Of a stretch of 64,000 nucleotides of DNA, positions 1 to 9,912 are shown piece after piece. Source of the DNA: Candidatus Latescibacterota bacterium (GTDB lineage: Bacteria > Latescibacterota > UBA2968 > GCA-2709665); assembly GCA_965208835.1 (NCBI GenBank), contig OZ242358.1, positions 4,512,001 through 4,576,000 on the forward strand, read 5' to 3'. Every line of letters starts with the position of its first letter. The stretch's first letter is position 1. The translations under genes were made by a program, and so were the position numbers. Under the pieces are notes generated by a model. The model worked only from the letters and a program-made list of their open reading frames with translations. It was not told the origin of the DNA and searched no databases.

Positions 1-810
1 TTGCAGATCAAGGTGAATCTGATCAACAGTCTGGACCGTCTGCTGGCGTTCCTGGACGACGAGATCGTGGACGCGCTCAGCTATCACCTCCGTGAACAGG
101 GGGTGCTGATCAGGCACAACGAGGAATACGAACGCGTGGAGGCAGACGATCGTGGCGTACGCCTGTACCTCAAGTCCCAGAAGGAAATCGTCAGCGACTG
201 TCTGTTCTGGGCGCAGGGGCGGACCGGGAATTCGGACGGAATGGGACTCGAAGAGATCGGCATCCAGCGAGATTACAGGGGTGTCGTCGCCGTAAACGAG
301 AGTTACCAGACGGCGCAGAGCCACATTTACGCCGTGGGTGACGTGGTGGGGTATCCCAATCTGGCCAGCGCGGCATACGACCAGGGGCGTTTTGCGGCCG
401 CGCATCTGATATTCGGGGAGTGTGAGGCCCACCTTGTCAAGGATATACCCACGGGGATCTATACGCTGCCTGAAATCAGTTCGGTGGGAATGACGGAGCA
501 GGAGTTGACTGCGAAGAGGATTCCCTACGAAGTCGGCCACGCGTCGTTCAGACACCTGGCGAGGGCGCAGATTACCGGCCGGACCACGGGGATGCTGAAA
601 ATTCTGTTTCACAGGGAGACGCTGGAGATTCTGGGTGTTCACTGTTTCGGATCCGAGGCATCCGAAATCGTCCACATCGGCCAGGCGATCATGGCGCAGA
701 AGGATGGTGGCAATACCCTTATGTACTTCATCAACACGACGTTCAACTATCCGACGATGGCCGAAGCCTACAGGGTGGCGGCGCTCAACGGGCTGAACAG
801 GGTGCGATGA
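1..810 (+). CDS. sthA: Soluble pyridine nucleotide transhydrogenase (5' end outside the window)
   Basis: [11 protein letters not shown] motif, [15 protein letters not shown], and C-terminal [20 protein letters not shown] typical of SthA/UdhA. Confidence 0.93.
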   Translation: MQIKVNLINSLDRLLAFLDDEIVDALSYHLREQGVLIRHNEEYERVEADDRGVRLYLKSQKEIVSDCLFWAQGRTGNSDGMGLEEIGIQRDYRGVVAVNESYQTAQSHIYAVGDVVGYPNLASAAYDQGRFAAAHLIFGECEAHLVKDIPTGIYTLPEISSVGMTEQELTAKRIPYEVGHASFRHLARAQITGRTTGMLKILFHRETLEILGVHCFGSEASEIVHIGQAIMAQKDGGNTLMYFINTTFNYPTMAEAYRVAALNGLNRVR

Positions 811-1457
811 ATGCTCTTGAAGTCATCTATATGGACAACCACCTGCTTGTGGTCCGGAAACCTGCCGGCATGCTGGTACAGGGAGACCGCACGGGCGACC
901 GGTCGCTTCTGGAATACGGCAAAGCGTACGTGAAAGCGGCGTTCAACAAGCCGGGCGACGCCTTTCTGGGTCTGGTGCACCGGCTGGACCGGCCGACTTC
1001 CGGAGTTATGGTTTTTGCCCGGACGTCCAAGGCGGCGGCCCGGCTCTCGGAACAGTTTCGCGCCCACAAGATCGGAAAGGTCTACTGGGCGCTGGTGGAG
1101 GGGAAAACGCCGCGGGAAGGCCGGATGGCGGATTCGCTGTTGCGGGTGGGACCTTCCAGTACGGTCTCCGACAGAGGCCGGGAGGCGGTGCTCGGGTTCC
1201 GGCGCCTGCGGTTCGAGCGGGGGATTTCGTGGGTGGAGGTCAGGCCGAAAACGGGGCGGCATCATCAGATCCGTGTGCAGTTCGCGCACCGCGGGCACCC
1301 CGTTCTGGGCGATATGCGGTATGGAGCGAGAGTCGGATTTCCGGAAAAGAGCCTTGCGCTCCATGCGCGGGCGCTCACGCTCTCGCATCCGACCCGAAAG
1401 GAGCAGATGACGTTCAGCGCGGCGCCGGAGGCGTTCTGGCCGCCGCGATTCAGGTAA
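807..1457 (+). CDS. RluA-family pseudouridine synthase
   Basis: KPAG, catalytic [21 protein letters not shown] and LHA motifs; overlaps the sthA stop (ATGA). Confidence 0.92.
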   Translation: MNALEVIYMDNHLLVVRKPAGMLVQGDRTGDRSLLEYGKAYVKAAFNKPGDAFLGLVHRLDRPTSGVMVFARTSKAAARLSEQFRAHKIGKVYWALVEGKTPREGRMADSLLRVGPSSTVSDRGREAVLGFRRLRFERGISWVEVRPKTGRHHQIRVQFAHRGHPVLGDMRYGARVGFPEKSLALHARALTLSHPTRKEQMTFSAAPEAFWPPRFR

Positions 1458-1532
1458 CACAAGCCCGCGCAAAAATGGCCACAAGGAGCACATACGGCAC
1501 AAAACCTAAAGGACGTTGAAAGGAGATTGTTC

Positions 1533-1925
1533 GTGAACAGGAACGAGCAGCAGTTGAACGATATACAGGTCGATCGGACCAACCTGTACCGGGAAGAAAA
1601 CTACACGGACCTGAAGGTGGCGTCCATTCGTCGCCTGGTGCCGGTAAACCAGGATGGATCGCCCGACGGGACCCGCCGCCAGAAGTTTATCGGACAGACC
1701 CATCTGATGTCCCAGGTCGGCCCGCTCCCCGTGCAGTGCGACATTGAAGCTGCAGACCTGGAAGAGGCGCTACGGAAGTTCCCGGAGGCCATCGCAAGGG
1801 CCGTTGAAGATATGATGGAGGATGCCAAGGAAAGGCGGCGACAGGAGTCCTCCCGGATTGTGGTGCCGGGCACGGGCGGACTGCCGGGCGCGGCGCCGCC
1901 TGGCGGAAACATCAATCTGAGCTAG
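1533..1925 (+). CDS. Conserved hypothetical cytoplasmic protein
   Basis: AAGGAG RBS before GTG 1533; protein-like sequence LYREENYTDLKVASIRRLVPV...SRIVVPG. Confidence 0.75.
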   Translation: MNRNEQQLNDIQVDRTNLYREENYTDLKVASIRRLVPVNQDGSPDGTRRQKFIGQTHLMSQVGPLPVQCDIEAADLEEALRKFPEAIARAVEDMMEDAKERRRQESSRIVVPGTGGLPGAAPPGGNINLS

Positions 1926-2001
1926 GGAAGCTGTCGCATGTGGTGGGCAGGAATCCCTGGGTTTTTGGCTTTAGACAGGGCGCATCAGTATGCGCCCTTT
2001 T

Positions 2002-2874
2002 TTACGTCAGCAGGGGTCTCATGGCTTCTTTGAGTTCGGCCATTTCGCGTTCCGTGAGGGGCTTTACGGGTTTGCGGCACGGGCCCACGGATCTGCCCGA
2101 CAGATTTGTGGCGGCCTTTACGGAAGCGTTGTAAACGTGATGCCAGAAAAAGCGGTTGGCGGGAAACATGCGACGCCAGAGATCCCGGGCCTCGGCGAGT
2201 TGCCCGGCGGCGACCAGATTGTAGAGATCGACGGCTTCTCCGGGCATGGCGTTGACCGCTCCCCAGACACAGCCCGGACATCCTGCAACGAGGCTGAAGA
2301 AGGCGATGGGGTCCCCTCCGTTGAAGACCTCGGCGCCGATGGCAAGCAGTTCCTGTATTCGAAGAATATCCGCCATGCTGTCCTTGATATAGTGGACATT
2401 CTCGATTTCCATCAGACGTTTGAAGAACGCGGGCGTGATATCGATTCCCGTGTGGACAGGGATGTTGTAGACCATAATGGGCGTGCTGACGGCGTCGGAG
2501 ATTTCCGCGTAGTGTCCGTACACGCCTTCCATATCAGGACCCTCAAAGTAGGGCGGAAGCACAAGCAGGCAGTCGGCGCCCGTACCCTCGGCGTGCCGCG
2601 CGTATTCGATCGTCTCCGACGTGCTCACCGCGGAGGCCATGGCGACCAGTTCTGCCCTGCCGTCAACGTGGTCGGCAGCCAGTTCGGCAAGCCGTCTGCG
2701 TTCCTCCGGTCGAAGGCAGGCGAACTCGCCCGTGCCGCCGTTGATGAGGATGCCATGGACGCCCGCGTCGAGCATGGAGTCGATATGATTCCTCAACGCG
2801 GGTTCGTCGATCCGTTCGCCGTCGTCTGCAAACGGGGTGCATAAAGCCGCGCAGATACCTCTGAGTTTTTTCAT
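2002..2874 (-). CDS. Dihydrodipicolinate synthase/N-acetylneuraminate lyase family aldolase
   Basis: GGTGEF, YNIP and IKDS (Schiff-base Lys) motifs. Confidence 0.9.
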   Translation of the reverse strand: MKKLRGICAALCTPFADDGERIDEPALRNHIDSMLDAGVHGILINGGTGEFACLRPEERRRLAELAADHVDGRAELVAMASAVSTSETIEYARHAEGTGADCLLVLPPYFEGPDMEGVYGHYAEISDAVSTPIMVYNIPVHTGIDITPAFFKRLMEIENVHYIKDSMADILRIQELLAIGAEVFNGGDPIAFFSLVAGCPGCVWGAVNAMPGEAVDLYNLVAAGQLAEARDLWRRMFPANRFFWHHVYNASVKAATNLSGRSVGPCRKPVKPLTEREMAELKEAMRPLLT

Positions 2875-3100
2875 TGCGGTCTCCCCTTCAATCGTTCATG
2901 TCGCCGGGGCGTCTGACGAAGACCCGGCTTCCGGAGCATGGCTGATGGCCCGGTATCTTGTCCCGAAGGTTTCTGATCATTCGTCAACCTGTTTCCCGGA
3001 CAGAATGATACGCCCTGCGAAGGTACGGCGAAAGTGGAATCCATACAAGCACACAGCGATCGGGCTGAAGTGCGGGCAGGGTCAGCGGTTTAGAAGGGCC

Positions 3101-3129
3101 TTGACACTTACAGGTGAAAAATCAATATT
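3101..3129 (+). promoter_or_regulatory. Putative sigma70 promoter
   Basis: TTGACA (3101-3106), 17-nt spacer, AATATT (3124-3129), in a divergent intergenic region. Confidence 0.45.
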
Positions 3130-3318
3130 GGCGGAATTCAGGAACAGACGGGAATGCCCGGTCTTGGATAGGGATATTCATCCTCTGTGGATTCCCGTTA
3201 AGGTCCTGAGTAATTCCGGGTTTTTTGCGGCCTGAGACGCCGTTCGCAGGGTCCAGGGCCCGTACATCTTGATCGTTTGACACGGGTTCGCATAGTCGGT
3301 TTTTCGGAGGAGGTTGAC

Positions 3319-5118
3319 ATGTCGCAGGTGAGGGAAGTTGGCATACCGGTTCGCGCGGTGAATCGCGCGGCGTTGTACGCGGGACGAAACGGCGCCGGCG
3401 AGCCGTGTCTGTATGCGACCATGTCGCAGCAGGCCGCGAATCTCTTCGTATTGCAGATCGATCCGCAGACGGGCAGGTTGCGTCAATTCTGGCCGGACGT
3501 TCCCGATTCGAACTATACCACGGCGGTGTATCAGGCGCGGAACGGACGCCTTTATATCGGGGCGGCGCACTCGGGTCAGCTATACTGTTTCGATCCCGAG
3601 CAGGACGACCTGGTGAATTTCGGCACCATTAACGGCACGGCGGCTATTTTTCCCTGCAGCATCGACGAGGATTCACAGGGTGTGATCTGGATTTCCAGCT
3701 ACGGCACCGCGGATCTGACGAGCTTCGATCCGGAAACCCGTGAGTTTACCCGGTACGGACGCCTGGACGACGTGGATATGTACGCCTATTGCCACGTGAA
3801 TACCGACGATACGATCGCGTCGTTGATCATGCAGACCCAACCGCACGTGGTGGTCCTGGACCCGAAGACCGGTGAAAAAAGGACGGTAGGACCCGTCGTT
3901 ACGCGCGGCGAAGGAACCTTGAACCTCCACCGGGGGGCGGACGGCAACCTCTATATTGAGTCGAGCGAGGGGAATTTCCGTCTGGAGGGCATGGACGCCG
4001 TTCCCGTGGTAGAAACCGTCGCGGCGAAAGCTGCGGCGCCCACCCTGCCGGACGGCAGCACCTTCCGGTTCGTGGATGCGGTGGAGCAGACATGCAGGAT
4101 TCTGGAGGTAACGGGCCCGGACGGCGCTGCGAAGACCTTCGACATCGAATTCGAAGCCGCGGGGACCGATATCTTCTGCCTGCACGGCGGTCCCGACGGG
4201 TGTGTGTACGGATCCAGCGTATTGCCGGAGCGGCTGTTTCGATACGACCCCGAAAACGATGACCTGGCGGACCTGGGCATCTGTTCGACCGCGACCGGCG
4301 AGGCGTATTCCATGGCGAACCTGGACGGTAAAGTCTACATCTCGTCATACCCGGGTGCGAGAATCTCCATTTACGATCCTTCGCAGCCGTACAACTTCGG
4401 CGAGAGCCGGGGCAGCAATCCCTGGGACATCGGGCGGGTGGACGACATTTCGTACCGGCCGCGATCCACGCTGGCGGGTCCCGGCGGAAAGGTCTGGCTG
4501 GCATCCATTCCGGACTACGGAATGTGGGGCGGGCCGCTCTCGTATTACGACCCGCGCACAGAGGAGAAAAAGGCGTTTTACCGCATCGTGGGAGACGGGA
4601 GCTGCTATACGCTGGCGCACCTGGAGGCGGAATCGTTGATCGCCGTCGGCACAACCATAGCCGCGGGCAGCGGGACCCAGCCGAGGGTGGACGAGGCCGT
4701 GCTCTTCCTCTTCGACTACGGGAAGGAAGAGAAAGTCTGGGAAGGCGCGCCCGACCCGCCCGTGAGGATTTTCAATGCCCTGGCAGCCGTACCGGATGGC
4801 AGGCTTATCGGCACGTTCGTCGGCGACGAACGCGGACCCGAACTCTTCGTGTTCGACCCTGCCACGCGGACATTTACGGAACGGATCGCCGCGCCTGAGG
4901 GCGGTCCGGTGGACAACGGACTGCAGCTGGGACCGGACGGGATGATCTATGGCCTCACCCACACCCTCATCTATCGGCTTGATCCCGGTTCCCTGAAATT
5001 TGACGTGATCGTGGAATTCGATGAACGGTTGACCAGCCACGCGGCGGGCGGACCGATCGTGGGGAACGAGCTGTATCTGTCTTCGGGCCACCGGCTGTTT
5101 GCCGCGGAGATATTGTAA
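3319..5118 (+). CDS. Beta-propeller repeat protein, function unknown
   Basis: GGAGGAGG RBS before ATG 3319; recurring xDG-x-[LV]Y-x-G ... YDP blade motifs. Confidence 0.8.
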   Translation: MSQVREVGIPVRAVNRAALYAGRNGAGEPCLYATMSQQAANLFVLQIDPQTGRLRQFWPDVPDSNYTTAVYQARNGRLYIGAAHSGQLYCFDPEQDDLVNFGTINGTAAIFPCSIDEDSQGVIWISSYGTADLTSFDPETREFTRYGRLDDVDMYAYCHVNTDDTIASLIMQTQPHVVVLDPKTGEKRTVGPVVTRGEGTLNLHRGADGNLYIESSEGNFRLEGMDAVPVVETVAAKAAAPTLPDGSTFRFVDAVEQTCRILEVTGPDGAAKTFDIEFEAAGTDIFCLHGGPDGCVYGSSVLPERLFRYDPENDDLADLGICSTATGEAYSMANLDGKVYISSYPGARISIYDPSQPYNFGESRGSNPWDIGRVDDISYRPRSTLAGPGGKVWLASIPDYGMWGGPLSYYDPRTEEKKAFYRIVGDGSCYTLAHLEAESLIAVGTTIAAGSGTQPRVDEAVLFLFDYGKEEKVWEGAPDPPVRIFNALAAVPDGRLIGTFVGDERGPELFVFDPATRTFTERIAAPEGGPVDNGLQLGPDGMIYGLTHTLIYRLDPGSLKFDVIVEFDERLTSHAAGGPIVGNELYLSSGHRLFAAEIL

Positions 5119-5119
5119 T

Positions 5120-6787
5120 ATGGCGACCTTTTGGAGACCCGAGCCAGAAATGTGGGATGTATTGCGAGAGGCCGTGTCCGGGATCCTCGCGGATCAGCGG
5201 GAAGACGGACGGTTCGGCACCGCGCCCTGGACCTGTCTGGACCAGCATCGGATTTTCCACCTGGCCGCCGCCTGGAGCCTTGAGAACAGTCCCTGGTTTC
5301 GTAACGACGAAGTGCTGGCGGCGATTGTGCGTGGCGGCGACGCGCTGATAGACGCGCAGGACAACGAGGGCATGTGGACCTTTCTGAAAAAGGACTACTC
5401 GGAGTGGGGTCAGATCTACATGCCCTGGACGTACAGCCGCTGGATTCGCGCGTATATGCTGGCGCGATCCGGGATGGACGGCGAGGCGCGAGCACGGTGG
5501 GACGCCGCATTGGAACTGGGTTTCGAGGGGATTTCAAAAACGTGCCTTTCGCACGTTCACAACATTCCGACCCATCACGCGATGTCCCTTTATTGCGCCG
5601 GGATGGTATTTGAACGCCAGGATTGGAAGACGCAGGCGGAGGAATTCATCCACGAGGTTGTGGCGGCACAGTCCCCGTACGGTTGGTGGACCGAGAACGT
5701 GGGCCCGGTCGTTTCCTATAACTACGTGTATTCGGACGCGATGGGCGTGTATTACAAGCTATCAGGGGACGGACGCGTACTCGAAGCGCTGGAACGGGCG
5801 GCCCAATTCCACAGGAACTATTCGTATCCGGATGGAAGCGCCGTGGAGACGGTGGATGAGCGAAATGCGTACAACAGCGAGGTGCGGCCGGGGAATCCCG
5901 GATTCAGCCACACATCAACAGGCAGAGGCTATCTGGCACGGCAGCATCGCCTCTTCCTGGAAGCCGGCGGGAAATTCGATGTGGATTACGCCGCGCACAT
6001 GCTGCTCTATGCAGGCGACGGCGGAATCGAGGAGATGGAGGCCGACCGGGACGGGCGTACCTATGCGATGGGCGGCGATGCGCTGATCGTCTCACGCAAA
6101 CCCTGGTTTCTGAGCCTGTCGGCCTATTGCTGTCCTTTGGACGAGAACCGGTTCCGGCAGGACCGGCAGAATTTCGTGAGTGTCTTTCACGAGTCGACCG
6201 GTTTGATCGTTGGCGGCGGCAATACCAAGCTGCAGCCGCTCTGGAGCACGTTCAGCGTGGGCGATACGTCCCTGATGCGGCATACGCCCGGGGACGCCGA
6301 TCCTGACTTCGGTCCGTTCGAAGGGCTGGCGCATATCCCCGACCGGGCGGAAATCAAGGCGGATGAAGCATGTCCCGGCATTGATTTGCATTATGGCGCG
6401 GACGTGGGACGCGTTACGCTCGTTCCACGCGGAGACTCGCAATTGCTCCTGATTCTTGAGTCGTCGTGCATTTCCGAAAGCGGAATGGAAGCACACGTGA
6501 CGTTGATCCCGCATTTGAGGGAGGCGCTGCGTTCGTCGACCGGCGAGCTTGCTGAACTGCAGACGGATGTCGTGGAATGGACGGGGGCCGACGGCGCCTG
6601 GTTCGAACATGCGGGATGGCGGCTGTCGCTCCCTGCGGGCGCGCGGCTTGTGTGGCCGGCGTTGCCCCACAACGCGTATACAAAGGGAGGAGAGGCCGGC
6701 GTCGGGCAAGCCCGGCTGGTACTCGCGCTGCCGTTCTGCGAAGACTGCACCCGGTACGAACTGAGCCTGGACATTCTTCAGGAATGA
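5120..6787 (+). CDS. Hypothetical protein, possible alpha/alpha-toroid plus beta-sandwich (lyase/hydrolase-like)
   Basis: 555-codon ORF starting 1 nt after the upstream stop; helical Trp/Tyr/His-rich N-half and beta-rich C-half. Confidence 0.7.
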   Translation: MATFWRPEPEMWDVLREAVSGILADQREDGRFGTAPWTCLDQHRIFHLAAAWSLENSPWFRNDEVLAAIVRGGDALIDAQDNEGMWTFLKKDYSEWGQIYMPWTYSRWIRAYMLARSGMDGEARARWDAALELGFEGISKTCLSHVHNIPTHHAMSLYCAGMVFERQDWKTQAEEFIHEVVAAQSPYGWWTENVGPVVSYNYVYSDAMGVYYKLSGDGRVLEALERAAQFHRNYSYPDGSAVETVDERNAYNSEVRPGNPGFSHTSTGRGYLARQHRLFLEAGGKFDVDYAAHMLLYAGDGGIEEMEADRDGRTYAMGGDALIVSRKPWFLSLSAYCCPLDENRFRQDRQNFVSVFHESTGLIVGGGNTKLQPLWSTFSVGDTSLMRHTPGDADPDFGPFEGLAHIPDRAEIKADEACPGIDLHYGADVGRVTLVPRGDSQLLLILESSCISESGMEAHVTLIPHLREALRSSTGELAELQTDVVEWTGADGAWFEHAGWRLSLPAGARLVWPALPHNAYTKGGEAGVGQARLVLALPFCEDCTRYELSLDILQE

Positions 6788-6883
6788 GGATCGAGAAAAC
6801 GCACGGCGACGACGCCTGCGGACCCCGCATGAGGGATTCCGGCACCAATTTCGGCTGTACACTCGTTCATATTGGAGGGTGCT

Positions 6884-7297
6884 GTGGGAGATAAAATCCG
6901 GAAGACCGATGAGGAGTGGCGGGTGATGCTCACGCCGGAACAGTACCACGTGACAAGAAGAAGCGGAACGGAACGGGCGTTTACCGGCGAGTACCACGAC
7001 TTCAAGGGAACGGGGATCTATCTGTGCGTGTGCTGCGGAAACGAGTTGTTTCGGTCGGACGCCAAGTACGATTCCTGCACGGGCTGGCCGAGTTTCTGGT
7101 CGCCGTCGGATGATGGTAACGTGGAAACGGAAGCGGATATGTCCTACGGCATGGTGCGGACGGAGGTGAAGTGCAGCCGGTGCGACGCGCATCTCGGGCA
7201 TGTATTCGACGACGGTCCCCGGCCCACGGGACTGAGATACTGCATGAATTCCGCGGCGCTGGACTTTGTGGAGAACGATACCGAAGAGAAGGATTGA
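6884..7297 (+). CDS. msrB: Peptide-methionine (R)-S-oxide reductase
   Basis: GTERAFTG, two CxxC Zn motifs, [23 protein letters not shown]. Confidence 0.97.
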   Translation: MGDKIRKTDEEWRVMLTPEQYHVTRRSGTERAFTGEYHDFKGTGIYLCVCCGNELFRSDAKYDSCTGWPSFWSPSDDGNVETEADMSYGMVRTEVKCSRCDAHLGHVFDDGPRPTGLRYCMNSAALDFVENDTEEKD

Positions 7298-7377
7298 ACG
7301 ACCGTACGCGACGCAGGGGCGCATCCGGACGATCTGAATTCCATTTCGAAGTCACCCCGTCAATTGAGGAGACGCCG

Positions 7378-7839
7378 ATGAGTTTGAATTTTGCCACCCG
7401 GGAAATCCAATCGCAGCCGATCGTGGGCATCCGCGCCACAACCACGATGGAGGAGATCAAACAGGTCATCGGCGCCCTTTTCGGCGAGATTATGGAGTAC
7501 TTTACCCGGAATGGACTTGCGCCCGCAGGAATGCCCTTAACGATTTACCACGAGATGGACGCCGACCGGCTGGAAATGGAATGCGGGATGCCGGTGGCGT
7601 CGCCCGTTGAGGGCACCGAGCGCGTTCGCCCTGGAGAATTGCCCGCCGGGAAGGTCGCGACCGTTACCCACATGGGTCCCTACGAGCAGTTGGGACAGAC
7701 GTGGTCGGCACTGATGAAATGGATGGAAGAGGAGGGCCTGCAGGCGGCGGGCGCCCCCTGGGAGGTGTACGTGACGGATCCCGGCGAGGAGCCCGACCAG
7801 TCGAAATGGCGAACCGACATCTTCTTTCCCATACGCTGA
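7378..7839 (+). CDS. GyrI-like small-molecule-binding domain protein
   Basis: GAGGAG RBS before ATG 7378; HMGPYEQL, PWEVYVTDP, WRTDIFFP. Confidence 0.88.
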   Translation: MSLNFATREIQSQPIVGIRATTTMEEIKQVIGALFGEIMEYFTRNGLAPAGMPLTIYHEMDADRLEMECGMPVASPVEGTERVRPGELPAGKVATVTHMGPYEQLGQTWSALMKWMEEEGLQAAGAPWEVYVTDPGEEPDQSKWRTDIFFPIR

Positions 7840-7872
7840 CCGCCGCGACGGGCACCTGGATTCATCCGTTAA

Positions 7873-8055
7873 CAGTCCGTTGATAAAGTCGCTCTGCAGG
7901 CGAGGTATGGTGTCCCGTCCCGGAAATAGATTGCCATTTTGGCCGAAGACAAGGCGCGCGACCGAGTCCCATCCTGCGATTCGGCGAGGGAGCGCAACGC
8001 GGTATTTCGACCGCAAGGGCCGGCCGTAGCCCGGATGGACTTTATCAACGTGCTG
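7873..8055 (+). mobile_element. MITE family A, copy 1 (183 bp, carries a remnant of family B)
   Basis: TIRs CAGTCCGTTGATAAAGTC / GACTTTATCAACGTGCTG; homologous to 41203-41362 and 61815-62138. Confidence 0.85.
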
Positions 8056-8069
8056 TAAAGGAGTCGAGA

Positions 8070-8885
8070 ATGAAATACCGCTTTGCCGAAATGATCTGGT
8101 ATGAAATCAAGGAGGCGGCGGAGCAGGACCGTGTTGCCGTCCTGCCGGTCGCGACGTACGAGGACCACGGACCGCACCTCCCCGTGGATACTGACGTCGT
8201 CCTCTGCACGGAGATCTGTGAAAGGGCGGTGGCGCGGATCCCGTCGGAGGCCGTTCTGGCTCCGCCGGTCCCGCACGGGTACAGCCCCCATCACATGGAT
8301 TTTCACGGGACGCTGACGATAACCTGGGATACCTTCATCCGATACGTCAAGGATGTCTGCTGCAGCCTCGCCCACCACGGCTTCAAGCGGATCCTGGTCG
8401 TGAACGGCCACGGCAGCAATACGCCCCCGCTGGACCTGGCAACCCGCCTGACGGTGATCGAATACGAGGGCAGGGTTCTGTGCGGCTCGGTGAACCACTG
8501 GGGGCTCCGGAAGGTGAAAGAGGTGGGACGCGAACTGAGGGAGTCGGACTACGGCGGGACCTCCCACGGCGGCGAGTTCGAGACGTCGCTATACCTGGCA
8601 TTGAAACCGGACCTGGTCGATATGAGCAAGGCGGTCGACGAACGGTCGCCCCTGTCGAACAGCTTCCAGTCCGACCTGCTCGCGGGCGGCCATCCCGAAG
8701 GGTCCAGCGCGAATTTCACGCCATACTGGAGCACGAAAACCGCCAGCGGCGTGATGGGAGACGCGACGAAGGCCAGCCGGGAGAAGGGGGAGCAATTCCT
8801 CGAGGCGGGCATCGAGGGGCTGATCGAACTGGTTCGGGAACTCAGGGCGACCGAAATCATGGGCCGCCGCGACCAGCACGAATAG
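8070..8885 (+). CDS. Creatininase family amidohydrolase
   Basis: [18 protein letters not shown] and HGGEFETS motifs. Confidence 0.93.
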   Translation: MKYRFAEMIWYEIKEAAEQDRVAVLPVATYEDHGPHLPVDTDVVLCTEICERAVARIPSEAVLAPPVPHGYSPHHMDFHGTLTITWDTFIRYVKDVCCSLAHHGFKRILVVNGHGSNTPPLDLATRLTVIEYEGRVLCGSVNHWGLRKVKEVGRELRESDYGGTSHGGEFETSLYLALKPDLVDMSKAVDERSPLSNSFQSDLLAGGHPEGSSANFTPYWSTKTASGVMGDATKASREKGEQFLEAGIEGLIELVRELRATEIMGRRDQHE

Positions 8886-8901
8886 ACGAAGGGTCGAATC
8901 C

Positions 8902-9903
8902 GTGAAGACTCACGTTTTCACCAGCGGACGGGATGGCTATCACACGTACCGGATTCCCGCCGTGCTTGCCGCTGCGAACGGAACGCTGCTGGCCTTGTGC
9001 GAAGGCCGGCGTAACAGCCGTTCGGACCACGGAGATATCGATCTCCTGGCAAAGCGTTCCGAAGACGGTGGGCAGTCCTGGTCGGCGCAGCGGGTCGTCT
9101 ACAGCGAAGCGGGCGAGGTCACGATCGGCAATCCCTGCCCTGTGGTGGACGCGGAGACAGGCACGGTGTGGATGTTGTTCTGCAGAGACAACGTCGATGT
9201 GCTAGTCACACACAGTAGAGACGACGGTCTGACGTGGTCCGATCCCATCGACATCACGAGTGACGTCAAGAAAGAAACGTGGACCTGGTATGCGACGGGC
9301 CCGGGCGTGGGCATCCAGCTCCGGAACGGGGCGCGCAAGGGGCGGCTCCTGATTCCCTGCGACCACAGGAACCCGGAAGCGTACGACTGCGGTTCCCATT
9401 CCGTCTACAGCGATGACGGAGGGGCGTCCTGGCGTTTGGGCGGTTCGGTCCGGCCGGGGGCCAACGAATGTCAGTTCGGTGAACTCGCGGACGGGACCGT
9501 GGCCATGAACACCCGGATGCAGACGCACAGCGAGGGGTATCGCGGAACCGCGTTGAGCCGGGACGGAGGCGAGTCCTGGTCTGAATTCCGGCACGACCGC
9601 AATCTGCCCTGCCCGAAGTGCCAGGCCAGCCTGGTGGGTGGCGGCAACCCGGACAGCCTGCTGTTTTCGAATCCCGCGCCGCCCGTTCCGCCAGAAGCCG
9701 GCGGCGGAGAGCGGGCGAACATGACCGTCCGGCTGAGCAACGACGGAGGCAGGACCTGGCCCGCGTCCGAATTGCTGCACGAGGGACCCGCGGCGTATTC
9801 CTGCCTGGCTTTACTTCCGGACGGCTCGGTCGGCTGCCTGTACGAAGCCGGGTCGAAATCCCCCTACGAGCACATTGTCTTCGAGCGTTTCAGGTTGAAT
9901 TGA
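8902..9903 (+). CDS. Sialidase-family (GH33-like) glycosidase
   Basis: YRIP motif, five Asp-boxes SxDxGx[ST]W, AYS motif; no signal peptide. Confidence 0.9.
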   Translation: MKTHVFTSGRDGYHTYRIPAVLAAANGTLLALCEGRRNSRSDHGDIDLLAKRSEDGGQSWSAQRVVYSEAGEVTIGNPCPVVDAETGTVWMLFCRDNVDVLVTHSRDDGLTWSDPIDITSDVKKETWTWYATGPGVGIQLRNGARKGRLLIPCDHRNPEAYDCGSHSVYSDDGGASWRLGGSVRPGANECQFGELADGTVAMNTRMQTHSEGYRGTALSRDGGESWSEFRHDRNLPCPKCQASLVGGGNPDSLLFSNPAPPVPPEAGGGERANMTVRLSNDGGRTWPASELLHEGPAAYSCLALLPDGSVGCLYEAGSKSPYEHIVFERFRLN

Positions 9904-9912
9904 GAAAACGCA

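Noticed and set aside
2875-3100. Lysine riboswitch upstream of the DHDPS-like gene
   Set aside because: No recognisable conserved riboswitch motifs, and the enzyme looks like a catabolic paralog
6884-7297. Selenocysteine MsrB or other recoding
   Set aside because: The catalytic residue is a TGC Cys; I found no convincing in-frame TGA read-through in the window
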